Origin: Patescibacteria group bacterium
Lineage (GTDB): Bacteria; Patescibacteriota; Patescibacteriia; UBA10025; JAHIVO01
DNA length: 64,000 nt
Assembly (NCBI GenBank): GCA_049325535.1
Contig: JBMOKY010000001.1
Span: 299,386-363,385 of the forward strand
Reading direction: 5' to 3'
Shown here piece after piece: positions 1 to 9,144 of the stretch (its first letter is position 1; every line of letters begins with the position of its first letter). The notes beneath the pieces were generated by a model. That model searched no databases and was not told the origin of the DNA. It saw only the letters and a program-made list of their open reading frames with translations. The position numbers and the translations under genes are program-made.

Positions 1-306
1 ACTACCCGTGCGTTTACCGGCGGCGAGCTGGGGCATCTCATTGGTGAAATACAAAAAGGCCATCCCGTCATCATCTGGGGTACGGCCGGCAGTGGTACCC
101 GCATCGATTGGAAGACACCCGACGGTACGAATATTGTCGCTGTCAGCGGGGAACATACGTTTGTGGTCACCGGGTTTGTCGGGTCAGCTACCGCTCCGAC
201 TAAAATTATCGTCATCGATCCGCTGGCCGGAGAACGCTATCTGTCACTCGACCATTTTCTCTGGATGTGGGGGTTGCTGGGGAATAGCGGGGTAGTCGTT
301 TCATAA
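1..306 (+). CDS. C39-like (YvpB/BtrH-type) peptidase domain protein, C-terminal fragment; gene begins upstream of window
   Basis: Frame-1 open from window edge to TAA 304-306. Translation ...GHPVIIWGTAG...GEHTFVVTGFVG...IIVIDPLAGERYLSLDHF parallels C-terminal half of CDS 5458..6261 (HMFVVRGY...ITNDVG). Track ORF 8..295 is a different frame and looks spurious. Confidence 0.5.
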   Translation, partial: TTRAFTGGELGHLIGEIQKGHPVIIWGTAGSGTRIDWKTPDGTNIVAVSGEHTFVVTGFVGSATAPTKIIVIDPLAGERYLSLDHFLWMWGLLGNSGVVVS

Positions 307-318
307 TACTATACGTCT

Positions 319-1275
319 ATGGCTATCGTCACAAAAATTTTGAATCAAGGAAGCATCCGCAACGGTTCATTTACCGATTTGGAGGGCGGATCTCCCGCCT
401 GGGCTGACCTCGAGCACCCGACGGACCAGGAATTGACGCAGGTGGCTCGATTCGTGGGCATCGAACCGCAGGAGCTTCGGGAATACCTAGATCAGACGCA
501 GCGCCCGCTGGTGCACAATGTCGAGCACTATTCCATGATTATCGTCGCCGTTCCGGTGATGGTCGGATCGTTTGTCCGCAGCGCTCCGCTGGTCATTTTT
601 GTTTCAAAGAATCGACATGATTTCATCACCCTGCATGAGCAGCCGGTCCTGGCACTGCAGCGCATCGCTGGTTTTCCTTCGGAACGGATGGCGACCATGT
701 TCAAAGGCGGCATGACCCACATCTTATTCACCATGCTGGATGAGATCGTGGACACCTATTTTTCCACCATCGACACGCTCAGCGACCAGATCGAAAAAAT
801 CGAACAGCACATGTTTGATTACCGGGAAAGCAAACAGACCATGCAGCAAACATTCCGTACCAAAAAAAGCCTGATCTTCCTGCACAAAGCGCTGGTGGCA
901 AATCGTGACGTGGTGGCCGGCATCGAAAAAGAATACGCCGCTTTTCTGGAAAAGAAGCAGTTATCCGATTTTCGGGAATTAAATGGTAACATCGTCCAGT
1001 TGATTGAAATGGTGACTACCTACCGCGATATCTTGACATCGTCAATCGAGATCCACCTGTCCACCATTTCCAATAACCTCAACGTGACCATGAAACGCGT
1101 CACGTCCTGGGGCGCATTGATTCTGGTACCTAGTTTGATCGCTGGTATTTTTGGCATGAATTTCCGGGATATCCCGTTTTTGTATTCGCACTGGGGGTTT
1201 TGGCTATCGTTGGTGATGATGGTTGTCTCTGTATTTGTGCTCGCCCGGTATTTCAAACGGAAAGACTGGTTCTGA
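319..1275 (+). CDS. corA: CorA family Mg2+/Co2+ transporter
   Basis: 318 aa; C-terminal two TM helices with GMN signature (GIFGMNF); cytoplasmic N-domain. Confidence 0.9.
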   Translation: MAIVTKILNQGSIRNGSFTDLEGGSPAWADLEHPTDQELTQVARFVGIEPQELREYLDQTQRPLVHNVEHYSMIIVAVPVMVGSFVRSAPLVIFVSKNRHDFITLHEQPVLALQRIAGFPSERMATMFKGGMTHILFTMLDEIVDTYFSTIDTLSDQIEKIEQHMFDYRESKQTMQQTFRTKKSLIFLHKALVANRDVVAGIEKEYAAFLEKKQLSDFRELNGNIVQLIEMVTTYRDILTSSIEIHLSTISNNLNVTMKRVTSWGALILVPSLIAGIFGMNFRDIPFLYSHWGFWLSLVMMVVSVFVLARYFKRKDWF

Positions 1276-1279
1276 TTCT

Positions 1280-4200
1280 ATGACCGAATTACATACAACA
1301 AATGCATGCCATTACTGTGGCTACCCGATTGAGATTGGGGAGCATGATTGGAGTTTGCATCCCACCGATGAGCGACCTGATCAGACGGATACCGCGGTGG
1401 ATGAGCGGGGTGGCCATGACGAGAATGCGGCAGAGGATCCATTCATCGCTCTGATATCTCAGAACAGGGATCGAGTGGCGCAGCTGGGTGCGTATAGCCT
1501 CGAGCTGTTTCGGAGAAAAAATCTCGATGCCGCCAGCCAGTTACTGACCGAGGGGTTGACCGAAACGTCGGACGACGGAACGATATCAGCCGAGCATCGG
1601 GGGGAGCGGATGCAGCAGGCGATACAGGTGCTGGAAGCGGAGCTGTCAGCTATTCGGACTTCAATCGCCGAACCGCTCCGTGAGGGGGTTGAGCAGATCG
1701 ATGATGGATACCACAAAAGTGAGCCGCTGGGAATCGAAAATTTGCATTATTCCCTGAGCGTTTTGATGCCGCAGCTGCAATCATTGGAATCACGCATGAC
1801 GGAGGTTCGTCGGTCGTTGACGTCTCTGACTGACGCGTCAGAACGGTACACCAGTCGGGTGCTGCAGGAATTGGGCATAAGTGATAAAAATGAGTTGGAT
1901 GAAAAAATTTGGGATCTGGAGGCACAAACATGGCAGCTGCGCGAATCAATGGTCGGGCAGTGGTTTCACTATTTTAAGCGGCGGGGGATAGAAAAGGAAA
2001 AGAAACAATTACGCGCGCTCCGGCAGCCTGGCTGGAGTGAATCCTTTGAGCAGGCAAAGAGTGCACATCGGAGTATGGCATATACTGAAGGTGATATCGC
2101 GCGAAAATTAGAAACATTATCGCACCGTGAAATATTTTCGTATTTCCGATCATTAGTCGAGGAGGTAAATGCTAACTATGAGGAATCGCACCGGGAATCG
2201 CAGGCACTGCCCGCTACTGCTATAGACAGTATCAATGACGATTACATCGATCGGGTCGTCCGGCCCGCCATCACCGTAGCGCAGCAGGAACATCCTCGGG
2301 AGTGGATATCGGTGCGTCCAGAAGACATAGAGCAATTTCTCGGCGTGCTGAAACAGAGTTTTGATCTTACGCGGGATACGCAGGAGGGAGGCGACGGGGA
2401 TGAGCCTGAGAAGCGAGAGCGCATCATGCAGGCGTTTCAGAATTTTCCCGAGCCACTTCAGAATCTCCGCTTCCCATTTACCCGTAAAACAGGCGAAGCA
2501 CGACCCAATGATCATTATGATGCAATCTATGAGTTTCTGCATGATCACATACCCCGCACCCGCCGCACCCAAGCGGTCAAAGGTTTGATTGACTCGTATA
2601 TCCAGCCATTTCAGGACCACGCGCGGTCACTGCCCGAGGGGTCGACTGAGAAATATTACCTCAAAAATCATATTGAATATTTTAATGGGTATTCTGGTTT
2701 GGAACGGCAATTGGCCGGGACAACCTATGAAAAAACGTTTATCGAGCATCTTGATGCGCAGCGCTGGAGCGCATTCGTCAATAATCGTGAGATGGTTGAG
2801 GCATTTGGCGCTGAACGAATAGATGAAGGGACGCAATTCGTTGAGCAGCTGTTTCGCAGTAAATATTTGAAAGATACCGGGTATTCATATTCGGACCACC
2901 AGCGTACGTGGGCGTCTCTGGTCGAGATGGGGAGGGTGGAGAGCGCGCCGTATGTGGTACTGGGAGCCTACGCTGATCTGAACGCCCGTGGAGGATGGAA
3001 GCGTCATCCGGGCCTGGCTGATGGGACGACGCGAATTATCGGGGGGTATATCTCCCGGTTTGACTCATTGGACGAATCCGGCAAAGCCATACCGGGCATG
3101 ACCGAGCTGTTTGATTTAATTCGCTCACATCCCGATTCTTTCGCCCAGGAGAGTTTCTACGATCGTGAACGGGGCGAAGAAGTGAAAAATCCTCTTTTCC
3201 ATGAAACTGAATCCGCACTGAGCACTATGATTGTGTATTATCTGGAAAATGGCACTGACGAAGAGCAGCTGCTTGCCATCCGCGCCCTGGAAAACGTCAG
3301 CTTATGTACCGATGAGATACGCGAGTGGCTGTGCCGGCACCTTGCCCTGGTGCATCGCGATGAATACAATACCATGCCCGGCTGCGCTCGTCGGTATGTG
3401 CTGGAAGCGGTCAACCGGGGTGACATCGCCATGGCCCAAGCCCTGATGGAGAATGCGACAGGGGATCAGGCAGCGTCGGTATTGAATGAAAGTTTATCGT
3501 CGGGTAACCTGGCCGGGGTGGCTAAGATTTTTGAGCTGGCGGATCGCAGCCAGGTGGAAGCGACTGATGCAGCGGCTCAGCCGAGCGGAGACTCGGGATT
3601 GAGCCCTGAGCTCCTGCAGGACCTCTCGCAAAAGATAAAGGCGTTTATCCAGGAACATCCCGCGGGATTTGTGGGGCAGGCGAACCGCGAACTGTATCGG
3701 GAGGTATTTGGCCGGGAGCCAATCGACGCTTTCCTCGATGCGCTGCCGACGGATACCGACGAAAAGCGCAACGCGTTTACGCATAATCAGTATGATCGAG
3801 CCACGGCTTTTGTGCAGCACATGACCGCCTCTCAGGACGGGCGCTTTTCACTGGATGCGGAGCAGTGGCGCTATCTGACGGAGTACGTCAAGCAATTCAA
3901 ACTGTCGAAGACACCGGCTCTGTATCATCATTTCGTCGGATTGCGCAAACACGTAGAAACAGGCCAGCCGCTGACAGAGGAACAGCTGCAGACGGGTATT
4001 GCCACCGAGGGGCAGCTGGTGGAGCGATTCCGGTCGATGCGCGAACGGACGTATGGTACGGATCCGATTTTGGAGACCGGTGATTTCACCAAATTTGACC
4101 TGGAATTATTAAGCGCGGTGAGCGGTAAAAGCACCCATCGTTTTGATACCGGGCGGCCGTCGATGGAACAAATCGTCGCTGATTTTCAGGAGGCGCGGGA

Positions 4201-5404
4201 CCACGGACGGATAGCTGAACTGCCGGCGGAATATAAGCCTTTTACCCTTTCCCTGCAAAACGTAGAAATACAAATGGAAGCCGAAAAAATTTCTCATGAT
4301 TTTGACCAACTGCAATCAGAAATACTCAATGTGCTGGATGGGCGGAGCACTATCGAAACGCTGCGGGAGCGGGTCCAGGGCAGCCTGCAGACCGAGATTG
4401 ACCAGATCGAACAGTCGTTGATGAAAAAATCGGATAATCAGTTCATCCGTTCACGTCTCGAACAGCTGCGCATTATCGGTCAGGCGGTACAAGCCGCTGG
4501 CGACGCCGATTCCCTGATGGGCGCGTTGCTGGAGATCGACCTGAGTACAGGGAAAAAACTGGATATTTTTCCGGCAATCCGTGAGACGATACTCAGGCGG
4601 CTGATTGATAAAAATTATTCAGCTTTGCAGGCGGATCAATTGGCGGCGACACTACGGGGTGGGCTATCGGTTGAAGGGGTACTGCGTATGCTGACACTGC
4701 ATGATGATTTTATCAAAGATCACGTCCTCAATGTCAACCGTAAAAATGAGGAACACTACTGGTCGGATCAGACATGGGATAAGATACAGCGCGGCAGAAA
4801 GAGCAGTAAGCATATCAATCTGAGCAAGGCATTTGAGCCGCACATCGGCGTCCTCCGGGAAGCGTCGCGGAACATGACCGTCATCGAGCAGGGGAGCGCC
4901 CAGAAAATTGACGTGATTCCGGATCGGGGCCTGATCGGGGAGTTGTCCGGGTATCTGGCTGATGTGTGCTATACCGCAGAGACGAAAATGCTCGAGCGGT
5001 TTCCCAATGTTGTCCCCTTCAAATTTACTGCCCGCGACGCAGAGACCGGCGAAGCGGAATTCATCGGATCGGTATTGATTTTTGAATTATCGGATGCTGC
5101 CGGTGACCCGGTGATGCTCGTACGCGGATTTGACGTCCCCCATGAAGAAAAATACGATATTCCGAAATTTATGGAAAAGTTCATGGATCAATTGCAGTCA
5201 GTCGCCCGCCAGCGAGGCATCAAGAAGATTGTGCTACCGGGGATGACGGGCGCCATGAGTAACTACGCCATGACCAATCGCCATGTGGAGCAAGCCTACA
5301 AGCAGGACAAGCAAGCAGTGGGCCTGTCAGAGAAATTCGCGTTCAACGGGTATGATATAACTGATAATGTGTACGTGGCGCGTGATCTGAATAATTCTGC
5401 TTGA
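1280..5404 (+). CDS. very large (1375 aa) hypothetical cytoplasmic protein, N-terminal CxxC...H zinc-ribbon-like segment, otherwise helical/acidic, no TM
   Basis: Uninterrupted 4.1 kb ORF; ATG at 1280 (MTELHTTNACHYCGYPIEIGEHDW) chosen over track start 1223 which overlaps corA; no recognisable catalytic motifs. Confidence 0.7.
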   Translation: MTELHTTNACHYCGYPIEIGEHDWSLHPTDERPDQTDTAVDERGGHDENAAEDPFIALISQNRDRVAQLGAYSLELFRRKNLDAASQLLTEGLTETSDDGTISAEHRGERMQQAIQVLEAELSAIRTSIAEPLREGVEQIDDGYHKSEPLGIENLHYSLSVLMPQLQSLESRMTEVRRSLTSLTDASERYTSRVLQELGISDKNELDEKIWDLEAQTWQLRESMVGQWFHYFKRRGIEKEKKQLRALRQPGWSESFEQAKSAHRSMAYTEGDIARKLETLSHREIFSYFRSLVEEVNANYEESHRESQALPATAIDSINDDYIDRVVRPAITVAQQEHPREWISVRPEDIEQFLGVLKQSFDLTRDTQEGGDGDEPEKRERIMQAFQNFPEPLQNLRFPFTRKTGEARPNDHYDAIYEFLHDHIPRTRRTQAVKGLIDSYIQPFQDHARSLPEGSTEKYYLKNHIEYFNGYSGLERQLAGTTYEKTFIEHLDAQRWSAFVNNREMVEAFGAERIDEGTQFVEQLFRSKYLKDTGYSYSDHQRTWASLVEMGRVESAPYVVLGAYADLNARGGWKRHPGLADGTTRIIGGYISRFDSLDESGKAIPGMTELFDLIRSHPDSFAQESFYDRERGEEVKNPLFHETESALSTMIVYYLENGTDEEQLLAIRALENVSLCTDEIREWLCRHLALVHRDEYNTMPGCARRYVLEAVNRGDIAMAQALMENATGDQAASVLNESLSSGNLAGVAKIFELADRSQVEATDAAAQPSGDSGLSPELLQDLSQKIKAFIQEHPAGFVGQANRELYREVFGREPIDAFLDALPTDTDEKRNAFTHNQYDRATAFVQHMTASQDGRFSLDAEQWRYLTEYVKQFKLSKTPALYHHFVGLRKHVETGQPLTEEQLQTGIATEGQLVERFRSMRERTYGTDPILETGDFTKFDLELLSAVSGKSTHRFDTGRPSMEQIVADFQEARDHGRIAELPAEYKPFTLSLQNVEIQMEAEKISHDFDQLQSEILNVLDGRSTIETLRERVQGSLQTEIDQIEQSLMKKSDNQFIRSRLEQLRIIGQAVQAAGDADSLMGALLEIDLSTGKKLDIFPAIRETILRRLIDKNYSALQADQLAATLRGGLSVEGVLRMLTLHDDFIKDHVLNVNRKNEEHYWSDQTWDKIQRGRKSSKHINLSKAFEPHIGVLREASRNMTVIEQGSAQKIDVIPDRGLIGELSGYLADVCYTAETKMLERFPNVVPFKFTARDAETGEAEFIGSVLIFELSDAAGDPVMLVRGFDVPHEEKYDIPKFMEKFMDQLQSVARQRGIKKIVLPGMTGAMSNYAMTNRHVEQAYKQDKQAVGLSEKFAFNGYDITDNVYVARDLNNSA

Positions 5405-5457
5405 CAGTCGGGTAGCAATCGACTATAGTCCCAGATTAATAGAGCCGATACGAAACT

Positions 5458-6261
5458 ATGCGTAAAAGCATCTTTTTTCTGAATCTAGCGCTCCTGATTT
5501 TTATCCTGGCGGGGCTGGCCTTTTTGGGTCGCCATCGGATTGTCTCGATGTGGGAGACCTGGCTTACTGAACCGACGCCTGAGCCCGTCTCATTTTCCGA
5601 AATGGTCAATGAGCAGCGGGAAGCTCTGAATAAGCCACTCACCAATGACAATACCAATCAAGCGGTGGCCACGCCCGAGCCTGAACCGATCCCCGCTGAA
5701 TTCAATCTCGCGGTGCCGTTTACTACGCAGGCACCGCACGCGAATTGGGATTATCCGTACCAGGAAGCGTGTGAGGAAGCTTCTGCGCTGACCGTGCACT
5801 ATTATTATCAGGAACAGACATTCACTGTGGACATAGCCGACCGGGAAATTCTCGATTTAGTCGCCTGGGAAGAGGAGGTATTAGGATTTTATGAGGATAC
5901 GACCGCCGAGGAAACCGCCCGGGTGATGCGGGAGTATTGGGGCTATCAGCGGGTGGACGTGGAATACGATCCCACGGCGGATCAGATCAAACGGCATATC
6001 GCAGCCGGTCGCCCAGTGATCATCCCGGCGGCGGGCAAGCAGCTCGGGAACCCGAATTTCCGTAATGGCGGACCGCTGTACCACATGTTCGTGGTACGGG
6101 GGTATACTGCCGACACGTTTATCACCAATGATGTAGGTACGCGGAAAGGGGAGAACTATGTATATGACATCGACGTAGTGATGACGGCTATGCACGATTG
6201 GAATGGGGGAGACGTGGACAATGGCCGTCAGGCGATCGTGGTTGCCTACCCAAATATGTAA
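5458..6261 (+). CDS. C39-like peptidase domain protein (Peptidase_C39_2 / YvpB-BtrH type), N-terminal TM anchor
   Basis: N-terminal hydrophobic helix, then PYQEACEEASALTV (Cys-Glu as in NGCE of YvpB) and HMFVVRGY...ITNDVG C-terminal block. Confidence 0.65.
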   Translation: MRKSIFFLNLALLIFILAGLAFLGRHRIVSMWETWLTEPTPEPVSFSEMVNEQREALNKPLTNDNTNQAVATPEPEPIPAEFNLAVPFTTQAPHANWDYPYQEACEEASALTVHYYYQEQTFTVDIADREILDLVAWEEEVLGFYEDTTAEETARVMREYWGYQRVDVEYDPTADQIKRHIAAGRPVIIPAAGKQLGNPNFRNGGPLYHMFVVRGYTADTFITNDVGTRKGENYVYDIDVVMTAMHDWNGGDVDNGRQAIVVAYPNM

Positions 6262-6336
6262 TTACGTATTGATAATGGAGTCGTCTTTAGAGTATACTAG
6301 GGGGGCGACATACCTCAATCGTTTTTTCAGGCATAC

Positions 6337-7416
6337 ATGAAAAAAATTATATTCTTTGGTGTTTCGTTACTCGTGGGTCTCGCGTTGTTTGTTGGCGTTT
6401 TTTGGCGCTTAGGTTGGGATTCCATTTTCGCGGCGATCGAAGCCTTTTCGTTCGTGAAGTGGCTGATTATCGTTTTTTTCTACGCATTAGCCCTCGGGGT
6501 GACGCTATATCGTTGGAAGCTTATTCTCAAAAGCCAGGGGTATGATATTCCCACCCTGCGTCTGCTTCCCTCACGATTGGTTGGATTTTCTGTGGATTAC
6601 TGCACCCCGTCGCCAAATGTCGGCGGAGAGGCAATCCGCGCATACGTACTGAAAAAACACGCTGGCGTACCCATGTCGCAGGGGTTGGCGTCCGTCATCT
6701 TGGACAAGGTGATGGATTTTTCCTATGCGCTGCCATTTCTTATTTTCAGTATTTTTTATGCGTTGATTTATTTTGATTTGTCGGCAAAAATCATCCTTGG
6801 CCTACTCGCGGTCAGCGGAACGTTTATTTTTTTGCTTGGTTTGTTTTATTACCGCACCCTGACCCGGCAGCATTTTTTTGGCGGCATCATCCGTTTTGTC
6901 CATTTGCACCGGTTTTCATTCATGGCCAAGGCGATGGAAAAAATTGCGAATTTTGAGCAGATTATTGTGGAGTTTTTCCGAAACCATACCCGCATTTTTT
7001 GGCAGGGCATCGGCCTGTCCACGGTCGGCGGTTTTTCCACGCTGACGGCCATGTGGCTGATTACTCGTTTTATTGGTATGGACACATCGTTTCTCGATAT
7101 CATTTTAATTTCGACCCTGACGGTTATTACCTTTCTCTTGCCGATTCCTGGTTCCATCGGTTCCACGGAAACTGGCCTGGCGCTAATTTTTACCTTGATT
7201 GGGTATCCTGCCCAGCAGGGTGTCGTGTTTAGCCTGGTATTTCGTTCGGTCGATTTAGTGAAAGCCGCTGTTGGTTTGTATTTCCTTTCCCATTTTGGTC
7301 TGAAGCTCGGGACCACCATGTTTGCGCCAAAGGGTGCCGCGCTACCGGCTAATGGCAATGGCGCGGAAGCAGCGGCTGTGGTACCATCCACGCATGAATC
7401 CGAGCGTCATGAATAA
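6337..7416 (+). CDS. UPF0104 / lysylphosphatidylglycerol-synthase-TM-like (flippase-like) membrane protein
   Basis: Multi-TM; RWKLILKSQG...PSPNVGGEAIRAYVLKK...ILDKVMD signature typical of LPG_synthase_TM family. Confidence 0.8.
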   Translation: MKKIIFFGVSLLVGLALFVGVFWRLGWDSIFAAIEAFSFVKWLIIVFFYALALGVTLYRWKLILKSQGYDIPTLRLLPSRLVGFSVDYCTPSPNVGGEAIRAYVLKKHAGVPMSQGLASVILDKVMDFSYALPFLIFSIFYALIYFDLSAKIILGLLAVSGTFIFLLGLFYYRTLTRQHFFGGIIRFVHLHRFSFMAKAMEKIANFEQIIVEFFRNHTRIFWQGIGLSTVGGFSTLTAMWLITRFIGMDTSFLDIILISTLTVITFLLPIPGSIGSTETGLALIFTLIGYPAQQGVVFSLVFRSVDLVKAAVGLYFLSHFGLKLGTTMFAPKGAALPANGNGAEAAAVVPSTHESERHE

Positions 7417-7426
7417 TCTCATCTGT

Positions 7427-7496
7427 ATGAACAATACTCGACAGCAACACGGCGGCGATGACTGCCCGTGCGGCGGCAATTGCGGCTGCGGAGAAT
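7427..7496 (+). CDS. possible 22-aa Cys-rich micro-peptide (MNNTRQQHGGDDCPCGGNCGCGE)
   Basis: Short ORF in 190-nt gap between convergent genes; followed by perfect 10-bp hairpin 7513-7537; no SD seen; speculative. Confidence 0.15.
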
Positions 7497-7547
7497 AATC
7501 AGTTTCCGTTTGTGCATCACATGAGCGTTCATGTGATGGCAGCAAAT

Positions 7548-7580
7548 TTTAAAAACTCCCGCTCGCGTATGTAACGAGCG
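7548..7580 (-). terminator. rho-independent terminator for 7607..8383 gene
   Basis: ctcccgctcg-cgtatgtaa-cgagcgggag 10-bp stem; minus-strand reading followed by TTTTTAAAATTT. Confidence 0.6.
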
Positions 7581-7606
7581 GGAGTGCTGTCCGTAATCGG
7601 TGTGAA

Positions 7607-8383
7607 CTATTTTGAGTAGGAAATGAATTCCCACCCTTCTTTCGGTTTGGTGTATGCCGAAGTCGCCGAGTCCGGCAAGCGGAAACTGGCTCCACGGACG
7701 GGGCCGTAGCCGGGCGCCAGCCATATCTCGTAATTGCGAGTGCCAATATGTCCCGGCACGTTCATGAAAGGTATCCGGATGATGAACACCTCAGGGTAGG
7801 TGGTGCCACGGACGGTGACCCCTGTCAGACGCTGACATGTGGCATTTAGCGTGTCGGCCACCGCGCGTCGGCACTGGTCGATGTCCGTTTCGGCGTGGCC
7901 GATGGTCTGCCACTGGGCGCCATGAGCGAGCGGATAGGGAGCTACTCGGCCTGGCTGCGTCAGGGGCATGTCGAGGCCGCAGTATTGCCCGCCGTGCCAG
8001 TACAGGCCGGTCTGGTCGGCGCTGAAGTACAGCGTAAAGGTATAGGCCGGATCGGTATAGTGGCGCGCGATAGGAGCGGCTGAGACAGGATAGACCGTCG
8101 CGTCGTGGTAGGAGATCGGATTTCCGATGACCGGCGCAAATGTCCAGGCATCGACCGTATTGTTCAGCAGGAACTGACGCAGGCTGTCAGCGATGTAATT
8201 GACATAGCCGGCCTGGATGGTCCGTCCGGGAACCAGTCCGAAATATTCGGCTGGAGTGGAAGGGTCGGGCGGGTTGTCGTTTCCGGTGGGACCATCACCG
8301 TTACCGCCCGAACTGCAGGCGTAGAAGATGATCCCGGTGGTCAGCAGCGTCACCATCATCAGGGTCAGGTATACGCGTTTCAT
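7607..8383 (-). CDS. secreted/lipoprotein-like hypothetical protein
   Basis: Start MKRVYLTLMMVTLLTTGIIFYACSSGG (signal peptide plus Cys); track start 8422 less likely. Confidence 0.6.
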   Translation of the reverse strand: MKRVYLTLMMVTLLTTGIIFYACSSGGNGDGPTGNDNPPDPSTPAEYFGLVPGRTIQAGYVNYIADSLRQFLLNNTVDAWTFAPVIGNPISYHDATVYPVSAAPIARHYTDPAYTFTLYFSADQTGLYWHGGQYCGLDMPLTQPGRVAPYPLAHGAQWQTIGHAETDIDQCRRAVADTLNATCQRLTGVTVRGTTYPEVFIIRIPFMNVPGHIGTRNYEIWLAPGYGPVRGASFRLPDSATSAYTKPKEGWEFISYSK

Positions 8384-8588
8384 AGAGCCTCCTGGTATGG
8401 GTTTTTGGTCAAGAGCCGTCACCTGTGGCTTCTGGTAATTGTATAATTTTTTTGATGTCGAAGGGCTATGTAGTAATCGATAATCCTATCGTATGCCCCT
8501 ATAGCTGTCAATCTGAGAATGCGAGTCAACAAACTTATGGTTTTTTGCTATACTGACGCCATATCATCAATTTACCGTTTATTGACCT

Positions 8589-9131
8589 ATGCCATCTGTA
8601 CCGAATCAAAATCCTGTCCGCCGCGCACAAATTCAGCTGTGGCTTGGTCTGGGTGGAATTGTATTTATCGGCCTCGTGGTGGCGGTTTATTTCGTATTTG
8701 TCCGGGAGGCGACTGCGCCGACTACCACGGATACGGCAAATATAAATGCCAGTTTGACGGACGTAGAGGGGGACATTTTTCTGACTGATGCTACGCCGTC
8801 TGCTGGCAGCACCGTGACTTCCCTAGAATCGGTTTCAATAACTTATTCTGCGCCGATCAATCCGACGACGGTCACTATGGATACGTTTTATGTATTGCAG
8901 GGAGTAGATGAAAAAAGCCCAGGTTCCATTTCATTGAGTGACGATGGGAAAACAGCCACCTACCAACTGACTGATGCGATAGTAGCATCTGAGGACGGTT
9001 CAGTCACCGCTCTGACGGTGGTAGTGGATACGACGGGTATGCAGGGCACCGACGGTACCCCCGTGTATGTACCGGGTAGTACGGCCCAATGGAATGTGTA
9101 CGTGGCTAATCAACCCTACCTCGGGGATTAA
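8589..9131 (+). CDS. membrane-anchored protein with bacterial Ig-like (Big/SbsA-like) domain
   Basis: N-terminal TM; TVTSLESVSITYSAPINPTTV...TYQLTD pattern typical of Ig-like surface domains; extended -10 TGcTATACT upstream at about 8558. Confidence 0.6.
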   Translation: MPSVPNQNPVRRAQIQLWLGLGGIVFIGLVVAVYFVFVREATAPTTTDTANINASLTDVEGDIFLTDATPSAGSTVTSLESVSITYSAPINPTTVTMDTFYVLQGVDEKSPGSISLSDDGKTATYQLTDAIVASEDGSVTALTVVVDTTGMQGTDGTPVYVPGSTAQWNVYVANQPYLGD

Positions 9132-9144
9132 CATCTCAAACACT

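Noticed and set aside
8-295. Track ORF (95 aa) at the window start
   Set aside because: It is in a different frame from the edge-truncated C39-like reading frame that runs 1..306. Its translation has no features and a low-complexity composition.
1223-1279. Upstream start for the giant gene overlapping corA
   Set aside because: ATG at 1280 directly follows the corA stop and removes a 53-nt overlap. The N-terminal extension MSLYLCSPGISNGK looks like read-through of the corA 3' end in another frame.
8519-8788. Track ORF overlapping the start of the Ig-like protein gene
   Set aside because: It is out of frame with the TM-anchored 8589..9131 gene. It begins inside the promoter region (TGcTATACT) and its translation has no features.
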